NCBI GenBank assembly: GCA_963747695.1
Contig: CAVVFV010000012.1
Location: 98,903 to 162,902, forward strand
Direction: 5' to 3'
DNA from: Candidatus Falkowbacteria bacterium
Lineage (GTDB): Bacteria > Patescibacteriota > Patescibacteriia > Patescibacteriales > WJLG01
Length of the DNA stretch: 64,000 bases
Notes under the pieces: model-generated
What the model saw: the letters and a program-made list of their open reading frames with translations, nothing else
What the model was told of the DNA's origin: nothing
Database searches by the model: none
Part shown: positions 37,446 through 44,944 of the stretch, piece after piece
Layout: every line of letters starts with the position of its first letter
Position numbering within the stretch: position 1 is the first letter of the stretch
Translations under genes and position numbers: made by a program

Positions 37446-37451
37446 GAATTT

Positions 37452-37482
37452 TGGCCGCTGGACATTGTTCGGCGGCCATTTT
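37452..37482 (+). terminator. Rho-independent terminator
   Basis: TGGCCGC / GCGGCCA stem followed by TTTT. Confidence 0.6.
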
Positions 37483-37608
37483 ATATATTCAGCAATATTG
37501 ACATAATAGCAATTGTATGATATGATTGGTAATCAGTTCTTTGATAATAATTAGATTATAGTAAATACCGTTTATCCCAATAACCATCCACTATTCCAAG
37601 GAGGCCCT

Positions 37609-38730
37609 ATGAAGTCGTTTTTGTCCGTTATCGCCGTCGCAGTTGCGTCCCTGATCATTGGCGGATGCTCCGCCAAGTCGTCGCTGACAGCGCCCAATTC
37701 TCACGCAGCCGCGAAAAAAATACATTTCAGCGTCGATTTCAATTCTCCGACAGCTCTTGCCAAAACGGCGACCATCGGCGACGGATTGACGATTGCTGAA
37801 CGGCAATCGTTGATCACTCATCTCAAGGCCCGGGCAACCATCCTGCAATTCAACATAATGAAACTTGGAACCGATCCATTCCCGCCGACCTATTCCTATA
37901 GCTTCCCGATCGTCAACGGATATTGCGATGGATATATGGACGCTGACTCCGGCGATTATCGGATCCAGTGCTACACGATGGGCGAAATCAAAGTCGGTCA
38001 GGATTCGATGGTGGCGGAAGATTTTCAAACTATCGCCAATTATTACATCGATGAGGACACGACCAAAATTTCGGTCATCCTGCAACTCAACAGCAATCTG
38101 GCCTTTGGTCTTCTGATCAAGGACAGCGGTGTGACGTTCAATGGGAAGATTGACAGTTTGTTGAGCTTCAACCTGGGCGTTGTCGGCGGCTATGCGGGAA
38201 CTCCGACGGCCGTCAACGGTTACGTGAATAATGTCGATTTCCAGGCGGTCAAAAAAACATTGTCGTTCATTTATGGCGGCAAGAAGTACAGCGGATTATT
38301 CGATATCACCGCCGGGTTTGACAGCAATATTGTCGTGCTGTCGGTTAACGAAGTCAAACAACCGGTGATCAATCCGATTGTGGCCTTTGCCACCGACATC
38401 CCGATGTTTGTTGATAGCACATATCCGTCATATGGCGCGACGAATGTGCCGACTAATATCAATGCGGTCGCGATTTATTTCAACAAGCCGATCGGCGAAG
38501 AACCTTCGACGGTGATCAAGTTCACCGTAGTTTCCTCAGACGGCAGTCAGCAGCTGGCTGGGACGATGGGCGAAAGCGATAATTTCGTTTCCCGAAATTT
38601 GGATGACGGCGTGTCGCGGGTGTATTTTAAGCCTAACACCGTATATACGGTGACGATTTCCGGCGTCATAGACGAGTTCGGTAACGCAATGGTTGCGCCG
38701 TACTCCTATTCCTTCACAACGGGCAACTAG
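37609..38730 (+). CDS. Lipoprotein with C-terminal Ig-like (SbsA/Big_5-type) domain
   Basis: Lipobox LIIGGC at residues 15-20. The C-terminal pattern is STYPSYGATNVPTNINAVAIYFNKPI...YTVTISGVIDEFGNAM. Confidence 0.7.
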   Translation: MKSFLSVIAVAVASLIIGGCSAKSSLTAPNSHAAAKKIHFSVDFNSPTALAKTATIGDGLTIAERQSLITHLKARATILQFNIMKLGTDPFPPTYSYSFPIVNGYCDGYMDADSGDYRIQCYTMGEIKVGQDSMVAEDFQTIANYYIDEDTTKISVILQLNSNLAFGLLIKDSGVTFNGKIDSLLSFNLGVVGGYAGTPTAVNGYVNNVDFQAVKKTLSFIYGGKKYSGLFDITAGFDSNIVVLSVNEVKQPVINPIVAFATDIPMFVDSTYPSYGATNVPTNINAVAIYFNKPIGEEPSTVIKFTVVSSDGSQQLAGTMGESDNFVSRNLDDGVSRVYFKPNTVYTVTISGVIDEFGNAMVAPYSYSFTTGN

Positions 38731-38849
38731 TCACCAATAAGGTTCTTTCTCATGAGCCGGCAGCGAATGCAAATTCGTTTCCGGCTCTTTTAATTTTAGC
38801 TAAAATATGATAGCATTTAATCAATCTTAATTAATTTAATTATAAATTT

Positions 38850-39749
38850 ATGACAATTTTTTGGATCATTTTAGTCATCATCGCTTTGATCTTCCTCTTT
38901 GGTATCCGCGTGGTCGGACAGAACACGGTTTTGGTGATCGAATTCTTGGGGAAATTCCGCCGGACGATGAGCGCCGGATTGAATTACAAAATTCCATTGC
39001 TCGAGCGCGTCGCGGAAAATGTTTCGCTGCGGCAGCAGAACTTTGCCATTAAGGGTTTATATCCGTCCAACGACAAAGTGATCATCGATGTTTCGACTAA
39101 TCTTATTTTTTCGGTCGATAGCAATCTTGATGGCGTCAAGAAATATGTTTACTCGTTAACGAATCGCAATCAATCGATCGGCGCGGTGGTGGAAAATTCG
39201 TTGCGCACTTATATCGCCAAAGAAACGCACGAGGGGATTTTGGAAAAGAAGGAAGAATTGGCGGCCCACATCCGCGGCGATATGGAAAAACAATTTTCTG
39301 AGTGGGGGATGATCATTTATTCTTTTCAAATTACCGGCGTCAGTTTTCCGGCCACGATCACGCAGGCAATGTCGGAAGTAGTAGCTTCGGAACAGTTGAA
39401 AAAAGCGGCGATGAATAAAGGTGAAGCGACCAAAATCCAGGCGGTCAAAGAAGCGGAAGGGGAAAGAGAGCGCAAGCGTTTGCAAGGCGAAGGCATCGCT
39501 ATGGAACGCGAGGCGATCGCCAAAGGCTTGAAGGAGTCGATCGATATTGTTCGCGGCTCCACTAATCAATCTTCTTCGGAAATTTTAGCCCTGCTGACCT
39601 TGACTCAATATCTGGATACTTTAAAAAATATCGGCACGGCGGATAACAGCAAGGTTATTTTCCTTGACACTAATGTAAACAAGACGTCGGAATTGATGCA
39701 ACAACTTACTTCGGCGATGGAAATTTCTAAGGACAAGAAAAAAGTTTAG
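38850..39749 (+). CDS. SPFH/band-7 (stomatin-prohibitin-like) membrane protein
   Basis: An N-terminal TM helix, an SPFH core (VLVIEFLGKFRRTMSAGLNYKIPLLERV...) and a Glu/Lys/Ala-rich coiled-coil tail. Confidence 0.85.
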   Translation: MTIFWIILVIIALIFLFGIRVVGQNTVLVIEFLGKFRRTMSAGLNYKIPLLERVAENVSLRQQNFAIKGLYPSNDKVIIDVSTNLIFSVDSNLDGVKKYVYSLTNRNQSIGAVVENSLRTYIAKETHEGILEKKEELAAHIRGDMEKQFSEWGMIIYSFQITGVSFPATITQAMSEVVASEQLKKAAMNKGEATKIQAVKEAEGERERKRLQGEGIAMEREAIAKGLKESIDIVRGSTNQSSSEILALLTLTQYLDTLKNIGTADNSKVIFLDTNVNKTSELMQQLTSAMEISKDKKKV

Positions 39750-39823
39750 TGTAATTAAATACCGTGGCCGGAATGGCTGCGGTTTTTTTGTACAAAAAAA
39801 CAGATGGGGCGACCAGCTGTTTT

Positions 39824-40249
39824 TTATACTTCTATTTTGATCAGACATTCGGGCCAGAAGAGCAGCAAGGAACCATTCTTGGATTCAAGAATATGGCCTT
39901 TGCTCGGGTCGCCGGCGCTTTGCAAGGCGCAAAAGGTATCGCGGGTATTTTGGCTGCACATCCTGACAAAGGCGATCAGACGAGATTTGCCGCCGATCGG
40001 ATACTTGCCCTGATACTTGTAGGGCCCGGTCGACGCGCCGACGGAAAGATTATTGAGGTAATCGGTGTCAACTTGACAAAGATCGCCGACGCTAAGGCTA
40101 ACCCCTTTTGTTACGGGAAAAGTCATTTGGTCAAGCCTGATGACGAATTTCGATTCATAAAAATCGACGCCGCCGATTTTCATTACTGTCTGGGCTCGGC
40201 GATAGCCGAGCAGATTGTTAAGAACAAATTGCTTGTGATGTTTTTCCAT
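39824..40249 (-). CDS. Hypothetical protein (strand uncertain)
   Basis: The minus-strand ORF has an AAGGAA SD-like site before MEKHHKQ and a globular-looking sequence. A fully overlapping plus-strand ORF (39764..40252) exists. Confidence 0.4.
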   Translation of the reverse strand: MEKHHKQFVLNNLLGYRRAQTVMKIGGVDFYESKFVIRLDQMTFPVTKGVSLSVGDLCQVDTDYLNNLSVGASTGPYKYQGKYPIGGKSRLIAFVRMCSQNTRDTFCALQSAGDPSKGHILESKNGSLLLFWPECLIKIEV

Positions 40250-40480
40250 TAAATTTCCTTCTCGTTGACGATGACGCCGCAACGCCGGCGTTGGTTAAGG
40301 TACTGTCCGCCCCATCATTTATATGATGATATAATTTTACCACTAGTAAGTCAATAAAATTCAACTAACCGAGATTTAGCCTTTACTTTCTGGAGCTATC
40401 GTGTTAATATCAATTATCCGAGTCATTCTCGTTTGCGGGAGTGATTTTTTAGTTCACGGGAAAAAAATATCGCAATTTGT

Positions 40481-41932
40481 ATGGCCGAACAAGTAATCTT
40501 GAGCTTTAGCGAAGTAACTTTTGGATATAAGGAAAATAAGCCTCTCTTGGATGAGGTCAGTTTTGGTATCCGCCAAGGAGCGAAAATAACTTTGATGGGC
40601 CAGAACGGCGCCGGCAAGAGTACGATTTTTGGTTTGATCAAAGGTGAGATCAAGCCGCAAAAAGGCCGGGTTTCTCTGACTAATAACGCGACCATCGGCG
40701 CGGCCAGCCAGACTGTCGCCCGGGCCGATTTTGATTTATCAGTCGCGGATTATTTTGCCCAGGCGTTTGAAGTCGTACCGGTTAATATCAAAAGTAAGAT
40801 CGGCAAAGTTATGGAGGCGGTCAATCTGACCGTGCCGACCGATCGGCGCGTGGGTGATCTTTCCGGCGGCCAGCAGGCTAGATTGCTTTTGGCCTACGCT
40901 CTGATCCAATCCCCGGATATTTTATTGCTTGATGAGCCAACTAACAATCTGGACTCTGCCGGCATCAATCACCTGATCCAATTCTTGCTGATGTATGATA
41001 AAACCGTCTTGGTCATTTCCCATGACGCGGATTTTTTGAATTTATTTACCGATGGCGTTATCTATCTCGATGTCTTTACCAAAAAAGTGGAAACTTATGA
41101 CGGCAATTATTATGATGTGGTCGAAGAGATCCAACGCCGAATCGAGCGCGAGCAGATGAAGAACGCGCAATTGGAAAAGATTATTCAGGACCGCAAAGAG
41201 AAAGTTAATTTTTTCGCCAACAAGGGCGGCAAGATGCGCAAGCTGGCCGCGAAATTACGCGACGAAACCGAAGAGATGGAAGAGGAAAAAGTCGATGTTC
41301 GCCGCGAAGACAAGACGATCCGTGAGTTTAGCATTCCGGCTCAAAATATCACCGGTGAAATATTAAAAATAACATCAGTAAAAGTCATTCACGATCACAA
41401 GCCGGAAGACTTGAAGACTAATAAAGTTTTACATAAGGGCACGCATCTTTTGGTAACCGGCCCCAACGGCGTCGGCAAAAGCACTCTGCTGCGTTCGATC
41501 ATCTCAGGCACCGCCAAAGGCGCGAAAGTTTTGGCCGAAGTCCGCGTCGGCTATTACAGCCAGGATTTTTCCAATCTTGATTTTGACCAGACGGTTTTTG
41601 AATCCTTGAAAAGCGTGATGGATACGGAAAACGACGAGCAGCGCCTGCGTTCGGTGGCGGCCGGTTTTCTTTTGACTGGTGAATTTATGGGTCACAAAGT
41701 TTCCGATTTATCCGAAGGTCAAAAAGGTTTGTTATCCTTTGCGCGCTTGGTCCTAATGGCGCCTGGCTTATTGATTCTCGACGAGCCGACCAATCATATC
41801 AATTTCCGTCACTTGCCGATCATCGCCGAGGCGATCAATAATTATGAGGGCGCGGTGATTATGGTTTCGCATATGGAGGAATTCGTCAAAAAGTTACGGA
41901 TAGACGATTATCTGGATCTCAGCCGGATTTGA
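40481..41932 (+). CDS. ABC-F family ATPase (two ABC domains, no TM domain)
   Basis: Walker A motifs GQNGAGKST and GPNGVGKST, signature motifs LSGGQQARL and LSEGQKGLL, and a charged inter-domain linker. Confidence 0.85.
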   Translation: MAEQVILSFSEVTFGYKENKPLLDEVSFGIRQGAKITLMGQNGAGKSTIFGLIKGEIKPQKGRVSLTNNATIGAASQTVARADFDLSVADYFAQAFEVVPVNIKSKIGKVMEAVNLTVPTDRRVGDLSGGQQARLLLAYALIQSPDILLLDEPTNNLDSAGINHLIQFLLMYDKTVLVISHDADFLNLFTDGVIYLDVFTKKVETYDGNYYDVVEEIQRRIEREQMKNAQLEKIIQDRKEKVNFFANKGGKMRKLAAKLRDETEEMEEEKVDVRREDKTIREFSIPAQNITGEILKITSVKVIHDHKPEDLKTNKVLHKGTHLLVTGPNGVGKSTLLRSIISGTAKGAKVLAEVRVGYYSQDFSNLDFDQTVFESLKSVMDTENDEQRLRSVAAGFLLTGEFMGHKVSDLSEGQKGLLSFARLVLMAPGLLILDEPTNHINFRHLPIIAEAINNYEGAVIMVSHMEEFVKKLRIDDYLDLSRI

Positions 41933-41951
41933 ATTTAATCGATTTTTTTTA

Positions 41952-41977
41952 AAATAGCCGGCCGCGGCTATTTTTTG
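41952..41977 (+). terminator. Rho-independent terminator
   Basis: ATAGCCG / CGGCTAT stem followed by TTTTTT. Confidence 0.65.
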
Positions 41978-42025
41978 TTTTTTCCGTATCTTCACAAATA
42001 ACCGTATTTGACTTACTATTAAGCT

Positions 42026-42964
42026 ATGAATAATTTTTGGAAAAAAATAAAGCGGCCAATTTTGTGCCTCGCGCCGATGGCCGGCGTAACTGACGAATCT
42101 TTCCGCTATCTTTGCGGCAAGTTCGGCGCAGATGTGGTTTATTCAGAGATGGTTTCGGCGACCGCCATGGTTCACGGCAGCCAGAAAACTTGGGAGCTGA
42201 TGAAGTCTTATCGGAAAAGCGGAGGAGCGAAATTCGTCGTCCAACTTTTTGGCAATAATCCTGATCATTTCGCGGCGGCGGTCAAATTGATCGAAAAAAA
42301 AATCAAGCCTGATGGTTTTGATATCAATTTCGGTTGTCCGGCGATGAAAATAGTCAAATCCTGCGCCGGCGCCAAATTATTCCAGGACTTGGATCAATCG
42401 CGCCTCGTTATCAGAGCGGTTTTGGGCGCTACAAAATTGCCGGTGTCGGCCAAAATCCGGATCAGAGCGGGAAAAATTACCGCTATGGAATTTGTCGATA
42501 AGATGAAAGATTTACCGATAAGCGCGCTGATGGTCCATGGCCGGACATTATTGCAAGGATTCGTCGGTGAAGTCGATTATAACGCGATCAATCATCTCAA
42601 GAAAAAGTTCAAAGGAATTTTGATCGCTAACGGCGGAATAAGTTCGGTCGCCGACGCGGAAATGATGTTGAAGAAAACCGGCGCCGACGGCATCGGCATT
42701 GCCCAAGGAGCGTGCGGACACCCGCAGATTTTTAGGCAGATAAGAGAGAAGAGAGAAGAGAGAAAAAATATCAAAGAAGTTTTTAAGATTGCTTTGGAGC
42801 AGGCGAAGCTGATGGAGAAATTCAAAGGCCAGCGGGGGATACTTGAAATGCGCAAGCATCTGTGCTGGTATGTCCGTGGATTTGAGAATGCATCAGAATT
42901 AAGAAAAGAATTCGTGAAAGTGGAAACCCTCAAAGATATCAGGGAAATTATAAATTATAAATGA
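42026..42964 (+). CDS. dus: tRNA-dihydrouridine synthase
   Basis: LAPMAGVTDESFR, DINFGCP and MVHGRT motifs. Confidence 0.9.
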   Translation: MNNFWKKIKRPILCLAPMAGVTDESFRYLCGKFGADVVYSEMVSATAMVHGSQKTWELMKSYRKSGGAKFVVQLFGNNPDHFAAAVKLIEKKIKPDGFDINFGCPAMKIVKSCAGAKLFQDLDQSRLVIRAVLGATKLPVSAKIRIRAGKITAMEFVDKMKDLPISALMVHGRTLLQGFVGEVDYNAINHLKKKFKGILIANGGISSVADAEMMLKKTGADGIGIAQGACGHPQIFRQIREKREERKNIKEVFKIALEQAKLMEKFKGQRGILEMRKHLCWYVRGFENASELRKEFVKVETLKDIREIINYK

Positions 42965-42994
42965 TAAATTAGTAATTGGATATTTTAGGTTTTT

Positions 42995-43016
42995 AAAAGA
43001 CGCTCGTGCGTCTTTT
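42995..43016. terminator. Bidirectional terminator between convergent dus and corA
   Basis: AAAAGACGC-TCGT-GCGTCTTTT. Confidence 0.7.
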
Positions 43017-43051
43017 AATTTATAATTAATAATTTGTAATTTATAATTGAT

Positions 43052-44020
43052 CTACAGCCACTTTTTCCTGGCGAAAATGAAAAGCATAATCGAAGCGCAA
43101 AGACCCATAATGGCGGCGATGATCCAGAATCCGTCGGGGCTATTTAAAAAAGGCATCCCGGAAACGACGTTCATCCCGAAAACCGAAGCGATAATCGATA
43201 GCGGATACATCACGACCGAAAAGATCGTCAAAGTTTTCATCACGTTGTTGATATTGTAATTGAGCATCGACTGGTTCGTGTCGCAGAGCGCCTCGACCGC
43301 TTCTTTCTGGTTTTCCGAAAGCTCCCAGATCCGCTTGGTGTGGTCGATCAATTCGAAATAATAATGGTTCAGTTTGCCGGAAGAGATCACCTGGCTCTTG
43401 GTCTGAGTGATTTTTTTTAGGATATTCTTGTGGCTCTGGATGATGCGGCGGAGCGAGATGATATTGCGCCGCAGTTCCAGGATGGCCGAGGCCGCCTGCT
43501 TCTGCTGATTGGCAAAGATGATTTTTTCGATTTCATTTATCTGCGCGCTGTTCTGATCCATCAAGTCATAGCAGTGGAAGATCATCCGGGAGAGCAATTC
43601 ATAAAGCAAGATCGCCGCCGAAGGAATTTTTTTGGCCAGCAAGCTTGAATCATCTTTCTTAGCGGTATTGAAAAAATCATTCAATACCGGCAGGTCGTTG
43701 GTGTGCAAGGTCACTAATAATCCATGGCTGATGAAGAAGTCGATTTCGGCCGGCACAATCCCGCCGCCGCGTAAAACCGGGAATTGCAGGATGAGGAAGA
43801 AATATTTTTCCCGCTGCTCGAAGATCGGTCGCTGCGCTTGGATTTTCGCGGAAGAGGCGCGCAGCTGTTTGAAATCAAAATCGTAAATTTTGATTTTGCG
43901 CAAAAAAGACAGCTCATCTTTCCCGGGATTGGCGATATTCAGCCACTTGATCTTCGATCCGCCGGCGCCGGTAACAGTGAGCTGCTGGATATTGTTGGAA
44001 ATTTTTTTGTAGTGCGACAT
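43052..44020 (-). CDS. corA: CorA-family magnesium/cobalt transporter
   Basis: C-terminal two TM helices with the GMN motif (VFGMNV). Confidence 0.9.
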   Translation of the reverse strand: MSHYKKISNNIQQLTVTGAGGSKIKWLNIANPGKDELSFLRKIKIYDFDFKQLRASSAKIQAQRPIFEQREKYFFLILQFPVLRGGGIVPAEIDFFISHGLLVTLHTNDLPVLNDFFNTAKKDDSSLLAKKIPSAAILLYELLSRMIFHCYDLMDQNSAQINEIEKIIFANQQKQAASAILELRRNIISLRRIIQSHKNILKKITQTKSQVISSGKLNHYYFELIDHTKRIWELSENQKEAVEALCDTNQSMLNYNINNVMKTLTIFSVVMYPLSIIASVFGMNVVSGMPFLNSPDGFWIIAAIMGLCASIMLFIFARKKWL

Positions 44021-44087
44021 TTTTCTTGCTTTGTTACATTTTTATTATAGCATATTTTTTTTCTGATGCGAATGCCGCGAATTAGTC

Positions 44088-44152
44088 GCGAATGCCGCGA
44101 AAACCGCGAATTATTTCGATAATTAATTATTCGCGGTTTTCGCGGCATTCGC
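44088..44152. repeat. Perfect 24-bp inverted repeat in the corA divergent promoter region
   Basis: GCGAATGCCGCGAAAACCGCGAAT (44088-44111) and ATTCGCGGTTTTCGCGGCATTCGC (44129-44152), with a 17-nt AT spacer. An extra half-copy GCGAATGCCGCGAA is at 44068-44081. Confidence 0.75.
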
Positions 44153-44196
44153 ATAAATTCGTGGATTAGCATTATAATTTATGCTATACTTAATGT

Positions 44197-44673
44197 ATGC
44201 CAAGTGAATTGAATATCGGGACAAATCTTGAAGCTCCGAACAAAATCGAGACCGAGACCGGAGCTTTAAATGAGCGACCGGAAATTGAAGTAGTCAAACC
44301 GGAAAAAGTACTGGAAAAAACCGTCGAAACCAAGCCGGCGGCGCCAGTAGCGGCGGCTGCCACGCGGCCGCTAAAAAGCGTGATCAGCGAATATGAAGAG
44401 AGGGAAAAACAAATCGAAAATTTTTTAGCCAAGGATCTGGAGGAAATTTATCTGGGCTTGCCTTTGGATAAACAGGCGGAATTCCGCAAGACCGGCGAAG
44501 AAACCGCCAAAAAAATCGAAAAACTGCTGGAGAAGACGAAAATCAATCTCGGCAAGATCGTGAATCTGATCCGCAAATGGCTGTCGCTGATCCCCGGAGT
44601 CAATAAATTCTTCCTCGAGCAGGAAGCCAAGATCAAAGCGGACGAGATTGTTAAATTAAAAAATAAAAATTAA
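44197..44673 (+). CDS. Hypothetical charged/coiled-coil protein
   Basis: A 158-aa Glu/Lys-rich ORF; no family recognised. Confidence 0.5.
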   Translation: MPSELNIGTNLEAPNKIETETGALNERPEIEVVKPEKVLEKTVETKPAAPVAAAATRPLKSVISEYEEREKQIENFLAKDLEEIYLGLPLDKQAEFRKTGEETAKKIEKLLEKTKINLGKIVNLIRKWLSLIPGVNKFFLEQEAKIKADEIVKLKNKN

Positions 44674-44743
44674 AAAATATTCTGGTTTAAATATGGCCAA
44701 AATTGAAAATTGTCTATACTAATTCGTATTCTTAATAAATAAA

Positions 44744-44916
44744 TTTCCTTATAGCGCGCATTGGAAAATTTCCGTTAAATCACGCAGCGTATCACCGCCG
44801 CTGGCGGGACAGGGAAGCCGTGCAAAATTGCGTTGTAGGCAGGAGGCGCCGCGCCGACGAGGTTAGCAATTTTGCTAGGCTTCCTGGCGGAGTGATAGGA
44901 AATTTGCCAGCGCGCA
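44744..44916. ncRNA. Candidate structured RNA (about 170-nt GC-rich rod; class unknown)
   Basis: Four nested helices. First, GCGCG+AAATTTCC (44754-44773) pairs with GGAAATTT+CGCGC (44898-44915). Second, TATCACCGCC (44790-99) pairs with GGCGG-A-GTGATA (44886-97). Third, GGAAGCC (44813-19) pairs with GGCTTCC (44878-84). Fourth, GCAAAATTGC (44822-31) pairs with GCAATTTTGC (44866-75). The region is a GC-rich island in an AT-rich intergenic stretch with no ORF. Confidence 0.35.
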
Positions 44917-44944
44917 GTTTTTTGCGCCACTTTTTTTAAAAAAA

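Noticed and set aside
39764-40252. A plus-strand 162-aa ORF fully overlapping the minus-strand ORF 39824..40282
   Set aside because: The two cannot be separated confidently. The plus version starts inside the SPFH terminator region, lacks an SD site and is Gly/Ala-rich. I kept the minus version at low confidence.
44811-44831. AGGGAAGCCGTGCAAAATTGC resembles the AGGGAAxCCGGTGxAAxTCC core of cobalamin riboswitches
   Set aside because: The following CCCGCxACTGT and B12-box elements are absent. This segment instead pairs with 44866-44885 as part of a simple rod.
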